Shown here piece by piece: positions 49,832 through 59,580 of a stretch of 64,000 nucleotides of DNA. Made by a program: the position numbers and the translations under genes. Origin of the DNA: an uncultured Planctomycetota bacterium (GTDB lineage Bacteria; Planctomycetota; Planctomycetia; Pirellulales; Lacipirellulaceae); NCBI GenBank assembly GCA_963719315.1, contig CAVRBU010000010.1, forward strand, positions 32,001-96,000, read 5' to 3'. Positions within the stretch are counted from its first letter, which is position 1; each line of letters starts with the position of its first letter. The notes beneath the pieces are model-generated. The model had not been told where the DNA came from. It was given only the letters and a program-made list of their open reading frames with translations, and made no database searches.

Positions 49832-50296
49832 GGCTAAACACAGCGCAACACGGGGGCTGTGATCCGACAATCGGTCTATTCTAGGGGAATACACGTCGAG
49901 GAGTTCCCGATATTGGGACGATTGAGTCGGTCAAAACGTTCAGAATCCGTTGGACTTTCCAGGTATTGCGGTGTAGGCTTACTTCCGTTTCCTACGACGT
50001 GACCCGGGACCTACCATGGCGCGTTTGCGGATCATCCCTGGCCGGTGGCATTCCCGATGGCGTGAAGCCTGGAGTTCCCATTTCTGCGCCATCAATCACG
50101 AGCTGTGCCTGATTCGGCTTCTTCTTAGCTCGACCGGTGGCGGCGGGCCGCCACTGTCGCCTCGCACTTTTTGTACCAGCGCGCTCTGACGCTTCGGGCG
50201 AGCCTTAATTCCGCTCGTTTGAATCCTGCCGTGTGGCTCTGGTTCGCCGAATATGCGCATACTCCTCCACTTGAAACTTCGTCCGAGGAGGGACCA

Positions 50297-51024
50297 ATGA
50301 AATCGCTCAGCACGCTGCTCGTCTTGAAGCTGTGCCTGCTACTTGCACCACTCCCTGCCGCTCATGCCCAGTGGGACGATGGGTACTGGCTTCTTAATTT
50401 CGATAACGGCACGTCCTCCACGGCGCCTCCGCTTCGCGTGGGCGTGGACCTGGGCGATGGCAGCGGGTTTTCATTTCAAACGCTCGCTGACGACAACGGC
50501 GACGGCGCTATCCACTTGCCGCGGGTGCCGGTCGGCGGTGGGCTGGCGCTGGGTGTAACCCACGCTGGCGGTGAGGTCACGTGTGACCTTTGGGATTTAG
50601 TTGGTGCACAACCCACGGGTACGACCATCCAGAAACCGCTCTTGATCATTGCCGAAACGTCGAGGGGGAAACGCTTGGCGCCGACTATGGCGACCTCACC
50701 AAGCCACCGTTTGCGCTCACGCCGAACGCCCGATATACCGTGGTGGATGGCCGCGTCGCCGGCTGGCCCGAGGTCCGCTTCGTGAATGACTTTGGCGTGC
50801 CCGGCTTGGAAGAATTCGTGCAGAAGGTCGAGTCCCTGCCAAACTTCAACGGCGACGTGATCGTGAGCACCGCGACCGTGACCGGCACGTTCGTGCCCGA
50901 GCCGGCAAGCTGGTTACTATCACTCGGCGGCGCGATGGCGATCGCCGGCCGTCGTCGCAGGTCGAGGCAACTGGTAAACGCAACCAATTTAATTCCCCAA
51001 CATACTCTCGGGAGTGACCCATGA
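50297..51024 (+). CDS. PEP-CTERM protein, tandem paralogue 1 (frameshift at ~50655)
   Basis: Signal peptide; GVDLGDGSGFSFQTLADDNGDGAIHLP; TGTFVPEPASWLL + TM + RRRR. Confidence 0.8.
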
Positions 51025-51686
51025 AATCCATCGCCCGCATATTTCTGCTCGCCATCGTTTCGTTCTCTTGGACGTTCTCCACTGCGTCGGCCCAGACCAG
51101 CGATGGTTGGTGGTTTCTTAAATTCGAGGATACCACCGGTGCGGCATTGCAGCCGCTCAACATCGGAATCGATCTGGGAGACGGGAGTGGCTTCAGCTTC
51201 CTCACGCTCCCGGACGACGACGGCGACGGAATGATCCACCTGCCCCCGGTGCCCAACGGCGGCCGGCTAGCGTTGGGGGTGGATGCCGACGGCGAAGTCG
51301 GCTGCGATATATGGGAAATTCTCGGAACTCAGGTTGTAATTCCCCCCACAACCATCTCGCACCCCCCTACTGATCATTGCCGAAGACGTCGAGGGCAGGG
51401 CCCTCGGCATGGGCTTCATTCCCTACCCCCAAATTCCTTTTCCACCGATCAGAGGCGCTCATGCCGGGCGAGCGACTGACGGCGATGGATGGGCAACTGG
51501 CCGACTGGCCCGATTTGCGCTTGGTCGAGGTCGGTCACGGGCGCTTAATTTCTTGGACGAGTACATTGAGCAAGTCGACACGCTACCCAATTTCAGCGGC
51601 GAGGTGATCGTCACCAGCCTGCTGCTGACCGGCACGTTTGTGCCCGAGCCGGCAAGCTGGCTACTACTGCTCATCGGCGCGATGGC
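51021..51686 (+). pseudogene. PEP-CTERM protein, tandem paralogue 2 (frameshifts at ~51360 and ~51455; TM tail cut at ~51686)
   Basis: GIDLGDGSGFSFLTLPDDDGDGMIHLP; TGTFVPEPASWLLLLIGAMA, then antisense helicase sequence. Confidence 0.78.
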
Positions 51687-53006
51687 CAGCAAATCGAACT
51701 GCGATTGTCGAGCTTCCTGGGACGCCACAAGGGTGTCCGCTTCACTTTCCCAAACTCGGTTCATCGTTCGTCGATGTGCTCGTAGTGTGCGGAGAAACGC
51801 CTCGATCGAGGAAAGGAGTCGCTGCTGGAGCCCGGATATGAGGAGGGCGCCCTCGGCCCGTTTGCGCTTGGTGGCCCCGTCCAGTCGCCGCTGCCGCACG
51901 CTGCGATATTGATCGAGTAATTGGGCGAGGACGAACTCTGGCTGGTCATTGGGCAATCCATCGAGGTCGATTTGTCGGACCTCGCGCTTCGGCAAGCCGC
52001 CGACGATTTCGCGCACATCATCCTTGATGCGGCGAACCATGACGTGATCGAGGTGGCTCTTAAGAACTTTTACGCCGCGGCAAAACCGCTGCGGATCGAG
52101 GATCTCTAACAGAGCGCTAAAGCTGTTGGAATGGCCATTGTGCGGCGTCGCCGAAAGGAATAAGCGGTGCTCGAATCGTGGCGCTAAGTCCCGAATTGCC
52201 CGTGTGATTTTCGAGTCGATCGCATATTTCGAACCGCTGGAAGGAGCGGCATGGTGTGCTTCATCGAGAATCAATAAGCTGCCGGGTCGAAGGTTGTCGA
52301 GCCAGCTTCGGAGTGGCGCCGTGTAGGTTTCGTCAATTAGCAGCCGTTGGGAAATCAGAAACCGTGGAAAAGTGGTCCAGGGATTTACACCGTACCCACG
52401 TTGCTCCCGCACTCGTTCGATGTATTGACGATCGAGGATTTCGAACGTCAATCCAAATCTAATTTCCAACTCGTCTTTCCATTGTGACAGCATTGTCGGT
52501 GGGCAGGCGACAACGATCTCTCGCACGCGGCGGCGCAACAGCAGTTCGCTCGCGATCAGCCCGGCCTCAATCGTCTTGCCGAGGCCAACGTCGTCCGCGA
52601 TGAACAGGTTGATGCGGGGTAGGAGTAGAGCCTTGCGGAGCGGTTCGAGTTGGTAAGCGTCGATGCGAATGCCAGCGCGAAATGGCGCCTGGAAGAGCTT
52701 TGGATTCGTCGCTGTGACGCAGTGCCACCGCAGCGTATGAACATAAGCTCCGAACAGTCGCGGTGGATCGAAGCCTCGCTTGCCGATGGTCTTCCAGACT
52801 TGCTCGTCGATTACCTCTCGGTCAAGCTCCAATTCCCAGACGCTTTCGAGCGGTTGGCCTTGAGCGTCGTCATCGAGGCACGCCATGCGGATGAGATTGC
52901 CGCCGACGGCCGGTTCTACGGATTCGACTAAGTATGTGCGGGTGCGCAGGCGCACAACGTCGCCAGCTCGAGGCACTCGATTCGTGATCTCCGCGACACT
53001 TGCCAT
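51680..53006 (-). pseudogene. drmD: DISARM DrmD-like SNF2 helicase, N-terminal half only
   Basis: LRWHCVTATNPKLFQAPFRAGIRIDAYQLEPLRKAL...ADDVGLGKTIEAG, DEAHH, SATPHNG. No helicase C-terminal domain before the junction. Confidence 0.78.
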
Positions 53007-53017
53007 TCGTCCGCCAC

Positions 53018-53239
53018 CTATTTCGCACTTCGTCCCCGTCTGGCACTTGCAACCCGCGACCGCTCAATGCTTTCCAGCAATTGCTCAAGGTCGGAACGCT
53101 TGAAGAGGCGATAGCTGTTAATTGGATTGCGGTACATTGGCACCTTCCCATCACGTCCCCAGTTCCTGAGTGTGTTTGCCGAGACACCAAGGAATTTGGC
53201 GGCCTCACGAATCGGAAGGTACGCATCGAGCTTTTCCAC
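53018..53239 (-). CDS. MerR/excisionase-like HTH protein
   Basis: IREAAKFLGVSANTLRNWGRDGKV...RNPINSYRLF. Confidence 0.85.
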   Translation of the reverse strand: MEKLDAYLPIREAAKFLGVSANTLRNWGRDGKVPMYRNPINSYRLFKRSDLEQLLESIERSRVASARRGRSAK

Positions 53240-53398
53240 GAAAATCTCCCGACTAGCCCACCTGAACTGGTGATGGACTAACCTTACCAAAGACGATGCC
53301 GAGGTGCTAGCACCAGCGAGTGCTCATTAATGCGAGTTTGCCGAGCGATTTGGAAGATTCGCCAGCCGACGCGGTAGATGGTGCTGGCTCGTGACGCT

Positions 53399-53716
53399 CT
53401 ACCGACGCAAGAACACTCTGAGAAGGCGCTGGCCCCAGCTATTGAGAGTTTCTTCTCGCCGCCCGCAGCCGCAACCCGTCTTTTTCTTTATTCCGACGTG
53501 ATTGAGGCAACGCGCTACTAAGGTGCCGAGTTGAAACGTGCGGCGCTTCTTGACTGGCGGATTCGGCTCAGAAGACCGCTTCGAAATTGACGGCCGGATC
53601 GGTCGGCGCTCATTGTCTGCCCGCGCATCGGCACCACCACAGCGAGCGTGATACTTTTCAGGCGGTAGCGACGGATCAGAGATGCGCATCCGCCAGCCGC
53701 AGATCTGGTACACCAT
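53399..53716 (-). CDS. Cys-rich phage-like hypothetical protein
   Basis: LGTLVARCLNHVGIKKKTGCGCGRREETLN. Confidence 0.65.
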   Translation of the reverse strand: MVYQICGWRMRISDPSLPPEKYHARCGGADARADNERRPIRPSISKRSSEPNPPVKKRRTFQLGTLVARCLNHVGIKKKTGCGCGRREETLNSWGQRLLRVFLRR

Positions 53717-53753
53717 GAAGTCGCAATTTCGCTCAAAGTCGTACTTGCATGAG

Positions 53754-54029
53754 TCATTGTCTTGCGCTGTTTCGACTCCACCAGTCGCTGACCTTGTTTA
53801 GCCATTCTTTGCGCGCATCGCAGTTGCACGTTGGGGCGAAGCCGAACAGCTCCTTAGCGGCGAGGTAGCGTTCCTTTGTGACGCCGATTGAGCGCAAGAG
53901 GGATTCTGTGAAATCGCCAAGGCCAAGATCGGATGCGGCAGGCGTATTGGTTGCGGCGGGAACGGAAAGTACACCGCGGCAGGGCGCACGGGCGGAAAGC
54001 GATATTCGAGGCGCAGTTCGTACCCGCAC
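53754..54029 (-). CDS. Cys-rich phage-like hypothetical protein, paralogous motif (start uncertain)
   Basis: GLGDFTESLLRSIGV...CNCDARKEWLN. Confidence 0.62.
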   Translation of the reverse strand: MRVRTAPRISLSARAPCRGVLSVPAATNTPAASDLGLGDFTESLLRSIGVTKERYLAAKELFGFAPTCNCDARKEWLNKVSDWWSRNSARQ

Positions 54030-54075
54030 TTCGTGCAGCGCGTGCCCTTTGAACCATCAGAGAATTCGCAAAGGT

Positions 54076-54670
54076 CTACCAACTGACGTGAATTCCTTTG
54101 ATGTAGCCGACGTGGTTGCAGAACGCGCCGCTGTCCCAGTGGGTGTAGGCATCCGGGTTGTCGTAGGTGCCGTGGCAGCCCGGTGGGTGCCAAGAGTTGC
54201 TGTAGATATACGCGCCCAGGCCCTGGTTGTGGCACGCCCAGAACCCGTTTTCGAGTGCCAGCGGTGGGCCGACAAGGCAAGACACGCCGGCGTAGAGAAT
54301 GCCTTCGCACGAAATCGATGCGATGCCGTGCACATAGCGGCGGCCCGTTTGTGTTTCGCCGCCGATTAAACGTGAGCAGCACTCGGGATCGACCGGGCCT
54401 TCGTCGATTGTGAGCTCGTATTGTGCAACTCCAAATGCCTCACCTGCGAACGGCAAAATGAAGCTGCCTGGCAGCCGCGACGACATCCACTCGTCCTCTT
54501 CCTTGGTGCAGTGGCAAAACTGCTCGGACGCAGTTGAATAAAACTCGTCGATCGTGACCGACACTTCGGGTGGCCAGTTGATAACCGGCGTGCCATCGAC
54601 GCAGTGGCCCCCGTAGCAGCAACAGAATTGCGGGCTGATCTGGTAGGTGGTGGTGTCCGAACAACCGCCG
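54076..54670 (-). pseudogene. 5'-truncated Cys-rich phage-like protein
   Basis: The frame extends upstream of 54564 (PQFCCCYGGHCVDG) to the junction with the recombinase gene. Confidence 0.55.
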
Positions 54671-55330
54671 GTCGAGTTCCTGGATCGTGGCGATCATCGA
54701 CTGGTGTTCAAGGTACAGCTCGAAGATCGCTCGCACACGGGCGGCCTCTGCCTCGTTGACCACCAGTTTCGACCCTCGCGGGTCCACGTCGTACCCGAGG
54801 AGCGGCATGCCTCCCGACCATTTACCCTTACGTCGCGCCGCTGCGATCTTGTCGCGTGTTCGTTCGGAGATAATCTCTCGTTCGAATTGAGCGAATGACA
54901 ACAGCACGTTCAGCATCAGCCGGCCCATGGACGTCGTCGTGTTAAACTGCTGCGTGACGCTGACGAAAGCGACGTGGTGCCGCTCGAAGATTTCCAACAT
55001 CCGGGCGAAATCCAGCAGAGACCGGCTAAGACGATCGACTTTGTAGACCACCACGCAGTCGATTTTCCCGGCTTCGATGTCTGCGATGAGGCGTCGCAGC
55101 GCGGGTCGATCCATGTTGCCGCCCGTGAACCCGCCATCGTCATATTTGTCCGACACGCAATCCCATCCCTCCTGGGCTTGGCTCTTAATGTAGGCCTCGC
55201 CCGATTCCCGCTGGGCGTCGAGCGAATTGAATTCCTGCTCCAGCCCGTCCTCGGTGGACTTGCGAGTGTAGATGGCGCATTTCATTCTCTTAGGGGCCGT
55301 CGCTTGATGGCGATTGTTGGTCTTGGTCAT
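54665..55330 (-). pseudogene. Second large serine recombinase, catalytic domain only (truncated after IQELDRR)
   Basis: AIYTRKST, YDDGGFTGG, DRLSRS, FAQFEREIISERTRD. Homology to copy 1 stops at ~54665. Confidence 0.9.
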
Positions 55331-55827
55331 TTCGCACCTCCCTGTTGGCGAAGTCGGAAGAAGTGGTAGCCATTGCAGTGCTGGCCGCTGATCTTCTTGG
55401 CCACGGCGCTCAGGGACTTGAAGACCTCGCCTTCGAACTCGAAACCGTGCGGCAAGACACGAACTTGCATCGTATGCCCCTTGTATTCCCGCATGATGAT
55501 GGTGCCTGGCACCGGCAGCCGGTTGTCAATTGCCACCGCGAGCGATGCCGACTTCGTAAGTTCCGGAGTGGTCGCCGTGGGCTTGGTTGCCTTCGGCGCC
55601 GATGTGCGGAGGTCCGCATCGTTGGCCAGCTCAGCAGCGCGCTGGCGGGCTCGTTCCGAAATGTCACCTTCGACGAGTGCCTGCATCCGCCAGGCGATTC
55701 GCTTGACGAGCCATTGTTTGTGACGTGCGTTCGTCGACTCGCCGAACACATCGGCGAACTTCTCACGCAGTGCGCCGACCGTCATCCGCTGGAGTGCGGC
55801 GACTTCTTTATCTACGTTCATACTCAT
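55327..55827 (-). CDS. DUF2924 protein
   Basis: LVKRIAWRMQA, PGTIIMREYKG, FKSLSAVAKKISGQHCNGYHFFRL. Confidence 0.9.
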   Translation of the reverse strand: MSMNVDKEVAALQRMTVGALREKFADVFGESTNARHKQWLVKRIAWRMQALVEGDISERARQRAAELANDADLRTSAPKATKPTATTPELTKSASLAVAIDNRLPVPGTIIMREYKGHTMQVRVLPHGFEFEGEVFKSLSAVAKKISGQHCNGYHFFRLRQQGGAK

Positions 55828-55860
55828 GCATCTCTCCTGGTTTGGGATTCTCGGAAACCG

Positions 55861-56070
55861 TTAACCGCCGTGGATCACACTGAGCACGGTTTCGGCGGGA
55901 ACCTCAAGGCATGCTGTCGCAGAATCTGGAGAGATTTCTGGGGTCGGGACGCCGCCCGGAATGGCCACGCGGGCATGGAGCCGCAGAACACCGGCGGCCA
56001 AAATGCTGGCCACTTCCGAGCGATGCGCGTCAGGCGCCAAAGAAGACGGATCGTCAGTCGGTCGCATGTG
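55861..56070 (-). CDS. Small protein upstream of DUF2924
   Basis: Homologous to 44127-44333. Confidence 0.68.
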   Translation of the reverse strand, partial: HMRPTDDPSSLAPDAHRSEVASILAAGVLRLHARVAIPGGVPTPEISPDSATACLEVPAETVLSVIHGG

Positions 56071-56153
56071 GACATCTCCATTGGGAGTTGCCCACAACGA
56101 CCTTCGCTTGGCGACCGGCGCGCTGTCTGGCAGGACAATTGGGTTAACAGCCT

Positions 56154-56192
56154 CTATCTGTTAACCTACCCGGTTGAGGTGGTGAATGACGG
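56154..56192 (-). promoter_or_regulatory. Element-specific promoter-like motif, copy 3
   Basis: Minus strand reads CCGTCATTCACCACCTCAACCGGGTAGGTTAACAGATAG. Confidence 0.5.
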
Positions 56193-56278
56193 AATTGATT
56201 TGTGGGTCGCCTGCTTTGCCACGATCCCGCGTAGGTGGCGTCCCTGGAATGGAGAGATAAAGCTTCTGGAGACAAAGA

Positions 56279-56974
56279 ATGAGACCGCTGCATTTGGAGC
56301 AACATCGCACGGATCGCATCGGCTGGCTCCGCGCCGCGGTGCTGGGGGCGAACGACGGGATTGTGTCCACGGCAAGCCTTGTGGTTGGCGTGGCGGCGGC
56401 TAATGCCGCCAGCAGCGAGGTTCTGGTTGCAGGTGTTGCCGGCTTGGTTGCGGGTGCCATGTCGATGGCCGCCGGCGAGTATGTCTCGGTCAGTTCGCAA
56501 TCCGACACGGAGCGGGCAGACCTCGAGCGGGAACGCAAGGAACTCGCCGCAGATAGCGAATTCGAGCATGACGAGTTGGCTGCCGTTTACGTCAAACGTG
56601 GTCTTGACGCGGAGCTTGCCAAACAAGTTGCCGAGCAACTCATGGCGCACGATGCGCTCGGCGCTCATGCCCGCGATGAACTTGGCATTTCGGATATGAC
56701 GACCGCACGGCCAATTCAGGCGGCATTCGCCTCGGCAGCAACCTTCGCTGTCGGCGCAGCGATGCCGATGTTGACCGTACTCGTCACCCCCAGTGCGGCG
56801 CTGATTCCCGTCGTGATTACAACCTCCATCTTGTTCCTCTCGCTCCTGGGTGGATTCGGAGCTTACGCTGGCGGCGCACCTGTGGGAAAGGCTGCCCTTC
56901 GGGTGACGTTCTGGGGTGCGCTCGCGATGGCGCTTACGGCAGGTGTGGGGGCGCTGTTCGGGGCGACTGTTTGA
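56279..56974 (+). CDS. VIT1/CCC1 family Fe/Mn transporter
   Basis: WLRAAVLGANDGIVS, AGAMSMAAGEYVSV, AHARDELG. Confidence 0.95.
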   Translation: MRPLHLEQHRTDRIGWLRAAVLGANDGIVSTASLVVGVAAANAASSEVLVAGVAGLVAGAMSMAAGEYVSVSSQSDTERADLERERKELAADSEFEHDELAAVYVKRGLDAELAKQVAEQLMAHDALGAHARDELGISDMTTARPIQAAFASAATFAVGAAMPMLTVLVTPSAALIPVVITTSILFLSLLGGFGAYAGGAPVGKAALRVTFWGALAMALTAGVGALFGATV

Positions 56975-57450
56975 CGCCGCTTCACGTGAGTTGTCGTTTG
57001 AAACGAATCGTCTCGCTGGTTCAAATCCAGTTTTTCCGCAGCAGCCACGTCTTAGCGGTTTGTGTGAGGACGACGTAACCCTACGCCACGCTTCGCGTCG
57101 AGAATCGAACTGGCGCACTGATGTTACAGTGCCTCTATCCGTAAACCTAGTCAGCGCGAGTTGTAGATGACGAAAGCAGGGTCCGAAAGGAACCGGCTTG
57201 TTAACTTTTTCCGGGCGAACGCGCAGAGACTCGGAGAGTTCGTGACCGAGATTCTAGGGTGCAGGAGGAACCGTGAGGGTTCCTGTCGAGCCCTATTTGC
57301 ACTCTCTCGAAAGAGAGAACATCGCGATTCGGATCGGAATCGCCAAAAGCCCTTGAGAACACGGGCCATAAACGCGAGACGCCCGACTGCCGATCTCTAG
57401 GCGTCGGGCGTTAACTGGCTTGTCGGCTTCGTTCGTAGAAAAACAAAAAG

Positions 57451-57567
57451 CTCCCCGTATAGGACGGATTTACGAACTTTGGCGCAGAGCGCATTTTCGT
57501 AAATCATTGAGAGGGAAGCGATTAGCGAGTTCGAGTCCTATCCGGTAGGCCTACCGGATGAGACGGA
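57451..57567 (+). repeat. att-like junction/leader type B, copy 2; includes the perfect 20-bp palindrome ATCCGGTAGGCCTACCGGAT (57540-57559)
   Basis: Near-identical to 21759-21877. Confidence 0.9.
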
Positions 57568-57732
57568 TTATAACGGGAGCGCCAATTAGGTGCGAAGTGA
57601 ACTCGGGTAGACTTTGCGGGCAGGACTTTAGGTCCACCAGAGTTGAGCTCTCCGTTTGACTCGTTCATCGCATGTTCTCGGAACGTCTCCGTTGCGTGGA
57701 TCGACATTCTTGTTCTTGAGAGCGGGTCGCGA

Positions 57733-59508
57733 CTATTGATTAGGTTTAGTCGCCGGTGACATAGTCATCACTCTTCCCGATACTACTGCGTAGCCGATAT
57801 TTCCCAGGTCAAGTCGCACCGTTACATTCCCTGGCCCATCCGCTCTGAACGTCCTTTCCTCGCGTCCGCCCGGCGCAATCTCGATCTCGCCCGTTAAACC
57901 CGTCGCGTTCACGGCGCTCACATTGCCCCGAGCCCGTTTCGCTCCGAAGTTATATGCAGCCAGTCGTAGCTCGTTCGTCTCACGCAATCGAAAAGCCGAG
58001 TTAGCCGCATCCCCTTTCCCGATCAGTTGCAACACCACCGGACATGCCGTTCCGGCGCGCCACTCCGCCTTCGCCGGCGGCGGCTCGATCTTCAATTCTT
58101 TTGATCCGCCTGGCGGCAGAACCATGTAAATTGTCGCGCGAGAGAGTTCCACCTTCCCGCCTCGCGACAACTCTCGCCCAAGATAATCGTACGACTTCTG
58201 GGCTGGCCGAATCTCGACCGTGGTTGGCTTCGTCTCGCTCCACGCGACCAGCGTTTCTCGCTCAGCCCCGTCGACCACCGTTTTGAAAACGTAGCCCTTC
58301 AACTTCTCGTTTCCCAGATCAACGCGTCCGATCGGTTCTGCTCCATTTAGAAGGCGCCCCGCCGCGGCAAACGCGACGTATGCGGGCCGCGGGGTGAGGT
58401 CATCGTGCACCAGGCCGTACTGTAGGTTTCGCTCGACGTAATCGCCCAGGATAAAGTAAAACGCCTTCGCCGGGCCCTCGTGAAGCGCTTGCGCAAACAC
58501 CTTCGAGACTCGGTACGCCTGTACGCGCAGATCGTCCTCCGACGGCTCCTTCGTCTTCACGTCCGCCCAATTCACCGTAAGGTTGAACTCCGTTGTCCAC
58601 ATCGGCCTGCCACCGCTCACCGCCCGGTGCCGTTCGTACACCCGTGGATACAACGGGAGCGCCGTGTAGTGGTGCAAGTCGTACCGATCGAAATAAGGGT
58701 ACACTTCGTTCGCGCCAAACTCCTCCAGCGTTTCTGCCCGATCGATCGCGAAGGCCGCCTGGCAAACCGGCACTTGAGGATCGCCATCCTTCAGCCCCAG
58801 GTACGCCGCTTTTTGGAATGAAGCGATCTCGCAGCCGGTGTGGCCGCCGAACAGGTCGATGTCCGGCTCGTTTCAAGGCTCGATGGCGTCGGCCAAGCCG
58901 TTCCACCGTTTCGCCAACCCGCAATAAAAATCGTATACGTCGCGCAAATTATCGGGAAAGTGTGCCCCGTTTTTCGAGGCCCAGGGCGGCGAGGCGTGAT
59001 TCACCTGGAGCACTTTCAGTCCGGCCACATGCTCGATCCGCATCGCTCGCTCGTACCGCGTTTCCGCCGCCCAGGTCCCTCGCGCAGGTTCTAGTTCCGG
59101 CCAGCTCGACCGGTCACGAACCCACTTCACGCCCGCTAGTCTGCAGAGCGTACACGCATCATGTATCTGATCCGCATCCGGATAAAACCAGGACATCGCC
59201 GCATCGACCGCGATCGGCGTGTTCTCCGAGGGGGACGACTTCGCGAGCACCGCGGCTGTGATCCTTTCGGGCCCATCCTTGCTTCCAACCTCGAAGTATC
59301 CCGTCGGCAGCTTTCCCAACTCGGCAGTTCCGTTCCGCACCGTTCCGCGGCCGACCACTTTCCCATCCACATCGACCGCCTTCCAAGCAGTCCATGGCGA
59401 TGGCAGGGCGACACGTACGTCGTCCCCCGCGAGATACACGTTCCCCGGATGGTCGGAGGCCAACGCGATTCGTGCCAAAAACGCCACACCGAGACAAATG
59501 CATCTCAT
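57733..59508 (-). pseudogene. Secreted clan GH-A glycoside hydrolase interrupted by an in-frame TGA at 58873-58875
   Basis: AGVKWVRD...WPELEP, IEP*NEPD (expected WNEP), HHY, MWTTEF. Both ORFs are in the same frame. Confidence 0.8.
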
Positions 59509-59580
59509 TCCGCCAAGTCTGCCGGAGTGACTGGCTACGAAGATCATATCTGAGAGCCCTTGGCATCGGCTCGCCGGAAC

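Larger units (their letters stand above)
33299..57450. mobile_element. ~24-kb integrative phage-like element: packaging, methylation, replication and recombination genes, with no recognisable capsid, portal or tail genes
   Basis: Bounded by CTCCCCG junctions. Gene content: terminases, HNH, ParB-MTase, helicase, prim-pol, sigma-like factor, DUF2924 + large serine recombinase, cargo. Confidence 0.8.

Noticed and set aside
51459..51680. C-terminal ~70 aa of the 515-aa helicase ORF
   Set aside because: It is antisense of the PEP-CTERM paralogue beyond the breakpoint.
47851..58875. TGA-to-Trp recoding suggested by two in-frame TGA codons
   Set aside because: TGA clearly ends many genes here (5147, 23184, 30650, 56974), TGG is used throughout, and in-frame TAG lesions also occur. 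Point mutation or error is simpler.
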